Of a DNA stretch of 59,870 bases, positions 29,283 to 37,709 are shown piece by piece; position 1 is the stretch's first letter, and each line of letters begins with the position of its first letter. Below the pieces are notes generated by a model. That model was not told the origin of the DNA, did not search any database, and saw only the letters and a program-made list of their open reading frames with translations. The stretch comes from a virus (Duplodnaviria > Caudoviricetes). The DNA lies in the IMG/VR virus record IMGVR_UViG_3300009050_000003, positions 1 to 59,870 of that record; one strand, given 5' to 3'. The translations under genes were made by a program, and so were the position numbers.

Positions 29283-29456
29283 ATGGAACTTCTGATCGTC
29301 ATTATCGCTATCGCTGGCTGGGCTGCTATCGGTAAAATGACTTACGACATGGCTAATTACCAAGACCGCAACCCGTGGGTCTGGGCAATTCTTGCTGTGT
29401 TGTTTGGGCCACTAGTAATGGCCTATGTATTTTACAACGGTAAATACAAATACTAA
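29283..29456 (+). CDS. Small 2-TM membrane protein (57 aa), first early gene, not in the ORF track
   Basis: GAGGAG RBS; MELLIVIIAIAGWAAIGKMTYDMANYQDRNPWVWAILAVLFGPLVMAYVFYNGKYKY. Confidence 0.7.
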   Translation: MELLIVIIAIAGWAAIGKMTYDMANYQDRNPWVWAILAVLFGPLVMAYVFYNGKYKY

Positions 29457-29524
29457 AAGCTTTGGGGTGTGCTTTAAACACCCTAATCAACCTTCATCCA
29501 AGTGGAATCCAAGAGGAATATAAA

Positions 29525-29758
29525 ATGAAGACTATCACAAACATCATCAAAATCGTAATCGTAATTGCTCTGTTTGCTATTCTTGCAGTATTGGCGAATA
29601 TCGTTGTTAGCGGTTTGACCGCTTTGTTCGGTATCGTTGCAATCATTGCATCTGGCATCTGGACCGTAATCTTTTACGTTACTATGACCTATATCTCGCT
29701 TAAGATTGTAGGTGCAATTGTAGAGTTTGCTATTATCAAGAAGATATTCGCAAAATAA
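29525..29758 (+). CDS. Membrane protein
   Basis: GAGGA RBS; almost entirely hydrophobic. Confidence 0.7.
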   Translation: MKTITNIIKIVIVIALFAILAVLANIVVSGLTALFGIVAIIASGIWTVIFYVTMTYISLKIVGAIVEFAIIKKIFAK

Positions 29759-29776
29759 TAGCTGACCTTAAAGCCC
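29757..29776 (+). promoter_or_regulatory. Variant of the phage RNAP promoter motif
   Basis: AATAGCTGACCTTAAAGCCC; 17 nt identical to 38092-38108. Confidence 0.5.
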
Positions 29777-29824
29777 TAGAGACTCCCTCCCTGTCTTTAG
29801 GGCTAAACTTAAAGGAAACTTTAA

Positions 29825-30106
29825 ATGACAATACTAGGCATCTTCTTAGCCGTTCTAATTGGTCTATTGATTAGATCAATCATCTCTAAAAAGTTATGGG
29901 GAAACAAAATCTATCGAACACCTTGGTGGGTAATTGTTTCTTTCTTTATTCTTTCTGGAACCTATATGCCAAGTGCTATATTTGGTTTAATGGGTTTGTT
30001 TATGTACGACATGATAAGCTATGCTGTACCTAGCGACAATGCATCTAGAAAGATAATTAAAGGTATCCATGAACATCTAACAAAAGGAATCAAAGCCAAT
30101 GCTTAA
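29825..30106 (+). CDS. Membrane protein
   Basis: Three hydrophobic segments; AAGGA RBS. Confidence 0.7.
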   Translation: MTILGIFLAVLIGLLIRSIISKKLWGNKIYRTPWWVIVSFFILSGTYMPSAIFGLMGLFMYDMISYAVPSDNASRKIIKGIHEHLTKGIKANA

Positions 30107-30305
30107 GAATATTGCAAGTGGGTTTGGAAAGGGTATCGGTGAGTCTTTTAACATTGTTAAAGACGTAACCAATGTAATATCTGAATATCTCCGTAGTGAG
30201 AAAGGCCAACACTTTATGGCTAAACACTTTGAAGTAATTTATGAAGAAACTCAACCTTATGAAGAAGTGTTGATGGAAGCTCTAAACGAAATGAAAGGAA
30301 AGTAA
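30099..30305 (+). CDS. Hypothetical protein
   Basis: ORF with RBS in the early region. Confidence 0.6.
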   Translation: MLKNIASGFGKGIGESFNIVKDVTNVISEYLRSEKGQHFMAKHFEVIYEETQPYEEVLMEALNEMKGK

Positions 30306-30306
30306 A

Positions 30307-30528
30307 ATGCTACGTGGTGCTGTTGATAAGAACATCATGCATAATCTTTGCAATCAAGCAGAGGTGGCACAAATTAACCGTAATAATCCGTTCTATGTTG
30401 GAACTGTAAAAGGTTATAAATTCTACGAATGCCCAATCTATGGGGATGAGCGCCCGTTGCTCGTTAAAGACAAACTTGGTCGCTATGGTTATAGCTACTG
30501 GTGTGACCTTCCTGAAGGAGAAATCTAA
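30307..30528 (+). CDS. Hypothetical protein
   Basis: ORF with RBS; FYECPIYGDERPLL. Confidence 0.6.
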   Translation: MLRGAVDKNIMHNLCNQAEVAQINRNNPFYVGTVKGYKFYECPIYGDERPLLVKDKLGRYGYSYWCDLPEGEI

Positions 30529-30653
30529 TGAACTACGAAGACCAACTGCAGTATGAGAATGATGATTACGAGTATTACAGATGGCTTACGAGTGTAAATC
30601 CGTTTTTTGTTGTAGACGCTGAATATCAAATCAAAGGAATGGAGATTCTCTAA
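30528..30653 (+). CDS. Small acidic hypothetical protein (41 aa)
   Basis: AAGGAG RBS; TAATG overlaps with neighbouring genes at both ends. Confidence 0.5.
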   Translation: MNYEDQLQYENDDYEYYRWLTSVNPFFVVDAEYQIKGMEIL

Positions 30654-31036
30654 TGATGACTGCTGCTATGTGTCTTGCATTAAATATGTTTTTTGAAGCA
30701 AGAAATGAGTCATTGATTGGGCAAGTAATGGTAGCTGAAGTAACTCTAAATAGAGTAGTAGATGCGAGATTCCCTGATACAGTCTGTGAAGTCGTCTGGC
30801 AAGATAAACAATTTAGCTGGACACATGACGGTAAAACAGATAATCCTAATAAACTGCCCCATGTTGATCGTGAGGCTTGGAGATGGATAAAGGTACTAGC
30901 CGATATACTTCTCGAAGAACCAGAGTACCTAACTAAAACAGGTGCTTTGTACTATCATGCCGAGTATGTTAACCCGTACTGGACAGACCACTATGAACGT
31001 GTTGCTGTTGAAGGCACACATATCTTTTACAAGTAA
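30653..31036 (+). CDS. Cell wall hydrolase (SleB/Hydrolase_2)
   Basis: CLALNMFFEARNE, VTLNRV, FPDTVCEVVWQ..QFSW, GALYYHA.YV.PYW and HIFYK motifs. Confidence 0.9.
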   Translation: MMTAAMCLALNMFFEARNESLIGQVMVAEVTLNRVVDARFPDTVCEVVWQDKQFSWTHDGKTDNPNKLPHVDREAWRWIKVLADILLEEPEYLTKTGALYYHAEYVNPYWTDHYERVAVEGTHIFYK

Positions 31037-31047
31037 GGACAAATCAA

Positions 31048-31500
31048 ATGAAAAACATCGTAATCGCCTTGGCTTCAATTTTCTTTGCTACCTCTGCTAT
31101 TGCAGGTCAAGAGTATGAATGTAAGAAAAGTTTTCTTGGATGCTATACAACTTATGTAGGAACTAAAACTTCTGCGGATGTAATTGAATACGTTAAAGAT
31201 TCAGAGGAGGCTGTTCAAGAAGTTACATCAACTTACAAGCTGGAAGAAGTAATCTATCAACCAAAAGAAGGTATTCTTGTTATCAAAACCACTAAGGAAA
31301 ACTGGATGCCAAATTTTAGTGAAGTAAAAGCTATGTTTCGAGATCGAAACCTATACTTGAAAACTATCGTATTTACCTGGCCAGGTTCTTATGATGTACG
31401 TAAAGTAATGAACTTCGATGACAATCATAAAGGCAGAGTACGTTACTTAGCCCTTAAGGAAATCAAAGCACCATCTGAAAATATTCTCACAAAGAAGTGA
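31048..31500 (+). CDS. Exported hypothetical protein
   Basis: Signal-peptide-like MKNIVIALASIFFATSAIA. Confidence 0.65.
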   Translation: MKNIVIALASIFFATSAIAGQEYECKKSFLGCYTTYVGTKTSADVIEYVKDSEEAVQEVTSTYKLEEVIYQPKEGILVIKTTKENWMPNFSEVKAMFRDRNLYLKTIVFTWPGSYDVRKVMNFDDNHKGRVRYLALKEIKAPSENILTKK

Positions 31501-31521
31501 GAAAAACAAAGCATCTATAAT
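31495..31521 (+). promoter_or_regulatory. Early promoter-like motif, copy 2
   Basis: AAGTGAGAAAA-ACAAA-GCATCTATAAT. Confidence 0.65.
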
Positions 31522-31548
31522 GAACAGATCAAAATAGGAGATGATATC

Positions 31549-31704
31549 ATGTTCAATGCAAACGTAAAATTCTGGAACTTTGACGCTAACAAAATGGAAG
31601 TTGTTTCTGCTTCTGGAACCACTCGTGAAAAGGCTATTTCTAATTGCTTTCAGAAAGCAAAGAAAATGGGCTTGTCGTATAATGACATGATTTCGGTGGA
31701 GTAA
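31549..31704 (+). CDS. Small hypothetical protein (51 aa), not in the ORF track
   Basis: AGGAG RBS; MFNANVKFWNFDANKMEVVSASG... Confidence 0.6.
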   Translation: MFNANVKFWNFDANKMEVVSASGTTREKAISNCFQKAKKMGLSYNDMISVE

Positions 31705-31705
31705 A

Positions 31706-31879
31706 TTGTTGACTAAGTTCACAAAAGAGTACCTCGAAGAGATTAGCTTTTCTAACCTTGTAAAAGCAATCGATGCAAAATGGGGTCATACTTATATTGA
31801 CCCACCACTAACACTTGAAGATGAAATCAAGGCTATTCTTGACGAATTCGATCCTAAACTCAACAGCCAACATAAATAA
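31706..31879 (+). CDS. Small hypothetical protein
   Basis: TTG start after GGAG; open frame fills the gap between genes. Confidence 0.4.
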   Translation: MLTKFTKEYLEEISFSNLVKAIDAKWGHTYIDPPLTLEDEIKAILDEFDPKLNSQHK

Positions 31880-31890
31880 GGAGATCTCTT

Positions 31891-32127
31891 ATGGCTCGTA
31901 ACATTAAAGCACTAAAGACTGGTTTCAACTACGAACTGACTCAAGGTCGTCCTTGGAGCAGCCGAAACAAAGCTTACAATCATGGCGATCGTATTGCTAT
32001 GGTTGGACAAATTCTTGCTGGCACATACACAATTGCTGAAGCAGCTGATGAAATGGGTGTTGTTAAACAGACTATTAAAAATTGGCTTGCAACAGCCGAT
32101 AAGGATAATCCCCGCCTAATGGGATAA
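31891..32127 (+). CDS. Helix-turn-helix DNA-binding protein
   Basis: TIAEAADEMGVVKQTIKNWL. Confidence 0.8.
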   Translation: MARNIKALKTGFNYELTQGRPWSSRNKAYNHGDRIAMVGQILAGTYTIAEAADEMGVVKQTIKNWLATADKDNPRLMG

Positions 32128-32131
32128 CACA

Positions 32132-32184
32132 GTTCTCCTCGCCCCACTTGGGGGCGGGGAACCCTTCCTTCTTTTTTTTTTTTT
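32132..32184 (+). terminator. Intrinsic terminator upstream of the RNAP gene
   Basis: GC hairpin CTCGCCCC-ACTT-GGGGGCGGGG, followed by a 13-T run. Confidence 0.7.
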
Positions 32185-32320
32185 CAGTATAGGAGATATA
32201 TTATACTAGGTCTGTTAGCAATGATTTATCTGATGATATTCAAAGGTAACAAGACTCTTAACTAAGTTCTGAAGTAAATGGGGTACGCATTGTACTATGC
32301 CCATAATGAAAGGAAGCTAA

Positions 32321-34492
32321 ATGTCTGAAGCCACAGTACTTGATAGATTAGTCGAAGATCTAGCGTATCGAATGAGCGTATTAGATAAACGTCAATCAGC
32401 AAGTTACTTGAATACACTAAGTCCGAGAGATATTATTGAGTTCTCATATACACATGTTCTCAAAGGTCTTGAAAGAAAAGCTACACTAGTGGAAGTAGCT
32501 GCTAGTATAGGTCGTAGACTTCGTCAGAAGCTTCGAATGAAACAAGACAGTATTCTTGATGTTCAAGGTGGTTGGTATGTTCTTATTTCATATATTGAGA
32601 CAGGAATTATCGGCTATCGAAAAAAGCATGTTTACAAAAATGGCAAAAAGTCTAAGCATCTTACGTTTCAGCTTTATGCAAGAGATTGGTCAGCCATTAA
32701 AGACATGATGGACCTAATTGATAACGAAAAGACAGACTTATTTCCAGTTAATACTCCTCCAAAACCGTGGACTAACAAATCTATTCACGAGGAAACTGGA
32801 ATTAGTATCATTAAGAAAGGTGACGAGAGTGCTTTAAAACACATGGAAAACTCAGACACAAGTTATATTGTAGATGTGCTTAATAAGCTATCTAATACAG
32901 CTTGGCGTATTAACGAAAGAGTTTTTGAAGTATACAAAGCTTGTATGACAATGAAAGAAAACCCGTTCAAATTCTCTAAAGAGATCGATCCTGTAAAACG
33001 GGCTTCCTTGATTATTGAAACAGAGGCTATCCAGCGGCTTGCAGAGAAGAACCTGAATAAGCCGTTTTATCATCTGTATAACCTTGACTTCCGAGGCCGT
33101 ATTTACCCTAACACTGCCTTCTTACACGAGCAGTCTAGTGACAATGCGAAAGGTATCCTTTTACTAGAGGAGCCTGTGCCATTAGGTCAGGACGGTTATT
33201 ACTGGTTGTCAGTCCATACTTCAAACATGTGGGGTAATGATAAAGTATCTTTAGACGATCGTGCAGAGTGGGTTCAAGAAAACTTAGACGAAATTCTAAG
33301 TTATGCAAATGACCCTCTTAACAATTTAGGGTGGATGAAAGCAGATAAACCATTTTGCTTTCTTGCTTGTTGTTGTGAAATTGATATGATTAGTAACTGG
33401 CATGGTGATGGTTTTAACACTGAAGACTTTCCAAGCTGCTTGCCAATCTACATCGATGGGTCTAACAACGGTGTTCAACATCTTGTAGCAATGTCTAAAG
33501 ATGATGAAGTTGCACCACTTGTAAACTTAACACCTAGTGACCTTCCTGGTGATGTATATATGTTTATTGCAGAACATGTATGGAAGCGTATCGAGCAAAT
33601 GTATAATGAGCTTGATAAAGACACCATCAATAAGTTTGACGATGTGTTTAACACAGCACTCAAGCTGCAACGAGAGTATGAGAATGCTCCTGATAAGTCT
33701 GAAAGAAAGAAACTTGCTTTTCAGGCAGTACAGACTTATCGAAATCATAACAGAGATCTTCGTGAGAAACTTTTTCCTGTATATTGGCATAATATTCAGG
33801 ATAAAAAAGTACAACGAAAAACTGTTAAACGCAATGTAATGACACTTGGCTACGGTGGCACAGCCTACGGCATGGGTCAACAAGTTAACGAAGATACAAG
33901 GGATATCAATGATTACTTGAGAGACAAAGAGCATTTGTGGGGTAATATGCTAGGTAAACTAGTATATGAAACCTGCTATGAAGAGCTTAAAGGACCAGCC
34001 CGTATGCTAAGGCTGTTCCAGACTCTTGCAGACAGAGCCAATGAGAAGGGGGTTTATCTCTCCTATATCACCCCTATCACAAACTTCCCTGTTGTGCAGG
34101 CGTACAAGACTGCGGCTACTAAGCGTACAGAACTTAAGTATGGTGACGACATCATGAAAGTTCGTATTCAAGTTTGGGAAGACTGTACTGTAAACGAGAG
34201 TAAACAAAGAACAGGTGCAGCACCAAATATTGTACATAGTCTTGACGCTGTTCATTTAACTATGGTTGTACATGATGCACCTTTTACTGTAACTGTTGTT
34301 CATGATTCTTTCGGATGTCACGCAGGAAACATGAACTATATGTTTCATCATGTTCGCAACAAGTTTGTAGAACTTTATGAATCTAACCCTCTAGAATGTA
34401 TTCTAGAACAACTTGAGTCCACAGACCTTATTCCAGAGAAAGGAAAACTTAATGTCAACTCTGTATACCTCTCAGACTTTGCGTTCGCTTAA
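32321..34492 (+). CDS. T7-like single-subunit DNA-directed RNA polymerase (723 aa)
   Basis: DFRGRIY, DGSNNGVQH (motif A), RKTVKRNVMTLGYG (motif B), APNIVHSLD, VHDSFG (motif C) and C-terminal SDFAFA. Confidence 0.95.
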   Translation: MSEATVLDRLVEDLAYRMSVLDKRQSASYLNTLSPRDIIEFSYTHVLKGLERKATLVEVAASIGRRLRQKLRMKQDSILDVQGGWYVLISYIETGIIGYRKKHVYKNGKKSKHLTFQLYARDWSAIKDMMDLIDNEKTDLFPVNTPPKPWTNKSIHEETGISIIKKGDESALKHMENSDTSYIVDVLNKLSNTAWRINERVFEVYKACMTMKENPFKFSKEIDPVKRASLIIETEAIQRLAEKNLNKPFYHLYNLDFRGRIYPNTAFLHEQSSDNAKGILLLEEPVPLGQDGYYWLSVHTSNMWGNDKVSLDDRAEWVQENLDEILSYANDPLNNLGWMKADKPFCFLACCCEIDMISNWHGDGFNTEDFPSCLPIYIDGSNNGVQHLVAMSKDDEVAPLVNLTPSDLPGDVYMFIAEHVWKRIEQMYNELDKDTINKFDDVFNTALKLQREYENAPDKSERKKLAFQAVQTYRNHNRDLREKLFPVYWHNIQDKKVQRKTVKRNVMTLGYGGTAYGMGQQVNEDTRDINDYLRDKEHLWGNMLGKLVYETCYEELKGPARMLRLFQTLADRANEKGVYLSYITPITNFPVVQAYKTAATKRTELKYGDDIMKVRIQVWEDCTVNESKQRTGAAPNIVHSLDAVHLTMVVHDAPFTVTVVHDSFGCHAGNMNYMFHHVRNKFVELYESNPLECILEQLESTDLIPEKGKLNVNSVYLSDFAFA

Positions 34493-34688
34493 AGAAGGGG
34501 ATACCCTTCATATTAAGTCTATAAATGATTATGGTGAGTCTACTATGGTCATTAACGAAATTTTTGAAGGAGGCTTCGGTGGCACTGTAAGATTTCACGA
34601 ACTAGGTGATACTGCTAATGACGGTGAGTACGGCGAACTGTATGAAGAAGACTTCCACCTTATCTACAATATTGATTACGATAGTTAA
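34452..34688 (+). CDS. Hypothetical protein
   Basis: AAGGA RBS before ATG 34452. Confidence 0.55.
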   Translation: MSTLYTSQTLRSLKEGDTLHIKSINDYGESTMVINEIFEGGFGGTVRFHELGDTANDGEYGELYEEDFHLIYNIDYDS

Positions 34689-34691
34689 ACG

Positions 34692-34737
34692 ATACCTGAC
34701 CTTAAAGATCTACTGTCAATACCTGACCTTAAAGATC
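34692..34737 (+). promoter_or_regulatory. Tandem phage RNAP promoter-like repeats (middle class)
   Basis: ATACCTGACCTTAAAGATC twice (34692 and 34719), directly upstream of the SSB gene. Confidence 0.8.
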
Positions 34738-34782
34738 AAACACTACTAACAAATTTACAAACAAACCAAGAGGAAATATAAC

Positions 34783-35316
34783 ATGGCTATTTTGAAAAAC
34801 GTTGAACTGTTCTACGCTAAACTGGACCCTAAGCGCCCTAACGCTACTTTCGACAAAGAGAACCCTACATGGGAAGTGCAAATTCGTACCCGTGATAAAG
34901 CACAAGCAAAACAGTGGAAAGAACTGAACATCAATGTAAAGCCTGACGAAGACGACAAAGGTATGTTCTACAAAGCAACCTTGAAGAAGAAATCTAAGAA
35001 ACGTGACGGTGAGCCAATGGCTCCAGTTAACATTGTCGCAGGAGACCTGTCCTCAATTGATCCTAATACACTTGGCAATGGCTCTAAAGGCCACGTACGC
35101 ATTTACCAATACGAGTATAATGTAGCTGGCCGTAAGGGTATTGCAAGTATGTTGATGGGCGTCCAAGTAACTGTATTGAACGAGTATCAAGCTAAACCCC
35201 GTGAAGACGACTTTGAAATGACTGAATTTGAAGTTAAGAAAGTTGCAGACAATCAAGAAGTTGATGAAGATCAATTTGTAGCAAACGATGATCTTGACGA
35301 CGAAATTAACTTCTAA
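34783..35316 (+). CDS. ssb: Single-stranded DNA-binding protein (T7 gp2.5-like)
   Basis: YAKL..P, LGNGSKG and GVQV motifs; acidic C-terminal tail ending in Phe. Confidence 0.8.
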   Translation: MAILKNVELFYAKLDPKRPNATFDKENPTWEVQIRTRDKAQAKQWKELNINVKPDEDDKGMFYKATLKKKSKKRDGEPMAPVNIVAGDLSSIDPNTLGNGSKGHVRIYQYEYNVAGRKGIASMLMGVQVTVLNEYQAKPREDDFEMTEFEVKKVADNQEVDEDQFVANDDLDDEINF

Positions 35317-35322
35317 TAATAA

Positions 35323-35355
35323 ACTCCTGAGCATGAGTATAAACTGCTCTTTTTT
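35323..35355 (+). other. Mini H-type RNA pseudoknot, copy 2, followed by a T-tract
   Basis: ACTC-CT-GAGCA-T-GAGT-ATAAAC-TGCTC-TTTTTT. Confidence 0.55.
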
Positions 35356-35385
35356 ACGAAATCGGTCAGCTATTAGGAAAAGACT

Positions 35386-35823
35386 ATGAAAGAACATGTA
35401 TACCTTGCAGGACCAATGGAAGACTGCACAAAAGAACATATGACATACTGGCGTGTAACAGCATGGCAAATGTTAGATATGGCGGGTGTAAAAGCTCTAG
35501 ACCCTACACGCCGTGTATCATTTCATGATCAACTACAAGAACACTTGCAAGACGTTACAAAGACCATGAACACCTGTAAGCGTATCTTTAAGCAAGACCT
35601 ACATGACATTGCATCAAGCCGTGTTGTGTTAGCAGATGTACGGCGTTCTTCTGGGCGCGGTACAGGCACTTCTATGGAATTGATGTTTGCTCATATGAAG
35701 AATAAAATCATCATTCTATGGGCTGATGAAGGTGATCTTATTCATCCTTTCTATGAAGCAATGGCGACAGAAAAACACTACAGCTTAGAGGATGCTGTTT
35801 ATGCAGCACTGGAGTACTACTAA
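35386..35823 (+). CDS. Nucleoside 2'-deoxyribosyltransferase / dNMP hydrolase-like protein
   Basis: VYLAGPM, DL..IASSRVVLA and GTSMELMFA motifs. Confidence 0.8.
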   Translation: MKEHVYLAGPMEDCTKEHMTYWRVTAWQMLDMAGVKALDPTRRVSFHDQLQEHLQDVTKTMNTCKRIFKQDLHDIASSRVVLADVRRSSGRGTGTSMELMFAHMKNKIIILWADEGDLIHPFYEAMATEKHYSLEDAVYAALEYY

Positions 35824-36029
35824 TGGGCTTTTCACCTAGACTCTATGAAATTCACTTGTGGCTCCAAGATGACGATGGTGATTACTGGTGGGAAATTTAC
35901 GATGTAGCTTTTTTAGACTTTCAAAAAGCATTAGTTACCTACAACAAGTATAAAGATGAAGGTTATGATGTTCGTATTGTAGAAACCAAGTGCGTAAGAG
36001 CTTGGGAAGACGAAAAGGAATGGAAATGA
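35823..36029 (+). CDS. Hypothetical protein
   Basis: Translationally coupled ORF. Confidence 0.6.
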   Translation: MGFSPRLYEIHLWLQDDDGDYWWEIYDVAFLDFQKALVTYNKYKDEGYDVRIVETKCVRAWEDEKEWK

Positions 36030-36226
36030 GAAACTTTGACCATCAACAAGTACTACTAAAGATTGACGATGTACATGACTTGTCAATCGTATCGCTAAAC
36101 GGTAAACCTGAAATAGCTATCATGGGTCCAGAAGGAGTTTACCATGATAGTGTAGAACCGCTAAATAACGTAAGACAACTAGTAAACTACTTGGCACGTT
36201 ACTTTGGAGGAAAAACAAATGGCTAA
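36026..36226 (+). CDS. Hypothetical protein
   Basis: ATGA overlap with the previous stop codon. Confidence 0.55.
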   Translation: MRNFDHQQVLLKIDDVHDLSIVSLNGKPEIAIMGPEGVYHDSVEPLNNVRQLVNYLARYFGGKTNG

Positions 36227-36608
36227 ATGGTATTCAGAAGAAATGCAAATGTTTCATGTAGCAAACGCAGGAGACAAGTATTTTCTTTATCATTGGTTCT
36301 ATACAGGTTGGGCTAAAGACTGGAATCCTCGTGATCTTGACTGGGGCTACATAGGTGTTGCGCCTTATGAAAATGTTCCTGAACGCTACAGAATTGAGTC
36401 AATGGAGTGTGCAACAGGTAAGCGTCTTAAGAAACGTAAGGTTATTGAAATGCTTGACAAGTTTCGATCACAGAGTAAAATAGGCTTTAGAATTATAGGC
36501 CAAAACTTAACTCGGAAAGAAGCCTTACGCATTGAGCATATGCTTCGTCCTGATAATTGGACTAGTAAAGTAGATCGTCGTGTTTGGAATGAAGTAGCAG
36601 GAGGTTAA
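36219..36608 (+). CDS. GIY-YIG-like protein
   Basis: FLYHW...GYIGV...ERY...EALRIE...WNEVAGG. Confidence 0.5.
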   Translation: MAKWYSEEMQMFHVANAGDKYFLYHWFYTGWAKDWNPRDLDWGYIGVAPYENVPERYRIESMECATGKRLKKRKVIEMLDKFRSQSKIGFRIIGQNLTRKEALRIEHMLRPDNWTSKVDRRVWNEVAGG

Positions 36609-36611
36609 GCT

Positions 36612-37178
36612 ATGTATGATCGTGAAATGAAGCTAATTCGTGAGCATCTTATAAAAACTGGTTCACAAGGTATTGTAGACGTATTTTCTACAGTAATTGC
36701 CACAATCAGAACACCTTTTAAAAACATTGTTCCTTTATCAGAAGATATTCGGGATAAGGGCTTGCAGTCAAAAGCACTGTGGGGTCACAAGAAAGATAGT
36801 TATCAGGGCGTAGTAGAGGCTAAGGACGAGCTTTATACAATGCTAGTAATTAACAAAGCAGACGAGAAGGTTGCACTCGAAAGAGTCCTTCAGATCAAAG
36901 GTTTAGGCTTAGCTAAAGCAAGCTTTGGACTTCAAATGCTAGGCTACAATCTAGCTTGTCTAGATACTCATAACTTAAAGAAACTTGGATATTCCTCTAG
37001 CTACTTTAATCGTAAAGATAAGGTTGAAGAGTATATCAAAGTTGTACAACGAAAAGGAACAGAATACTGGTGGAATAGCTGGTGTAATTTAATCCCTGAT
37101 ACTTCTGCCAATAAATCAACCTTTAGAAACGGTGATGAAGTATCGTATGAACATACAAAAGCAATAAGAGGTTACTAG
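36612..37178 (+). CDS. HhH-GPD superfamily DNA glycosylase-like protein
   Basis: HhH motif LQIKGLGLAKASFGLQMLG followed by CLDTHNL (catalytic Asp position). Confidence 0.6.
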   Translation: MYDREMKLIREHLIKTGSQGIVDVFSTVIATIRTPFKNIVPLSEDIRDKGLQSKALWGHKKDSYQGVVEAKDELYTMLVINKADEKVALERVLQIKGLGLAKASFGLQMLGYNLACLDTHNLKKLGYSSSYFNRKDKVEEYIKVVQRKGTEYWWNSWCNLIPDTSANKSTFRNGDEVSYEHTKAIRGY

Positions 37179-37179
37179 T

Positions 37180-37542
37180 ATGAAAAGAGTAGCAGTATAT
37201 TGGAACTTACACAAAGACGTATACTCAATACAGTCCCGTGAAACAGCAGATTACGGAAAAGTAATCGGTCATGCTGAGTCAGTAGCAATAGCTTTGCCAA
37301 AGTTTGTCGTTCGACAAGCTGGACGTCAACAAGTATTGAAAGAACAAAAGAAGAATGTTCATGCGTTTGTTGTAGGTTATCTTACAGAGAATCTTGTGTT
37401 TAATGAAGAAGGTAAACGTATAACGTATAATCCTTATAAATACAATAGTTTTGTAATAGCTGACACTAAAGAAGAGATACGAGATGGTTCAGCCGCAAGG
37501 CTGTCTATGCACGAAGGTAAACCCTTAATAGAGGTTTGGTAA
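37180..37542 (+). CDS. Conserved phage hypothetical protein
   Basis: VYWNLHK, FVVRQAGRQ.V....KNVHAFVVG and TYNPY motifs. Confidence 0.75.
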   Translation: MKRVAVYWNLHKDVYSIQSRETADYGKVIGHAESVAIALPKFVVRQAGRQQVLKEQKKNVHAFVVGYLTENLVFNEEGKRITYNPYKYNSFVIADTKEEIRDGSAARLSMHEGKPLIEVW

Positions 37543-37709
37543 TGGCAACAGTCCAAGTAATCGTAACGTATGAGTTTGAAGTAGAAGACTCTGACTATAA
37601 AACTATGTATGATCATGCAGTATCAACCCCTTGGGAGTTAAAAGAAGCTATTCAAGCTGATGTGCATATCTATGATGATAACTGGAATGAGGTAACTGAA
37701 GATGAGTGA
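37542..37709 (+). CDS. Small acidic hypothetical protein (55 aa)
   Basis: TAATG overlap; GAGG RBS. Confidence 0.5.
   Translation: MATVQVIVTYEFEVEDSDYKTMYDHAVSTPWELKEAIQADVHIYDDNWNEVTEDE

Noticed and set aside
32190-32265. Small hydrophobic peptide after AGGAG
   Set aside because: The frame IILGLLAMIYLMIFKGNKTLN lacks an ATG, GTG or TTG start at RBS spacing, so it is too weak to call.
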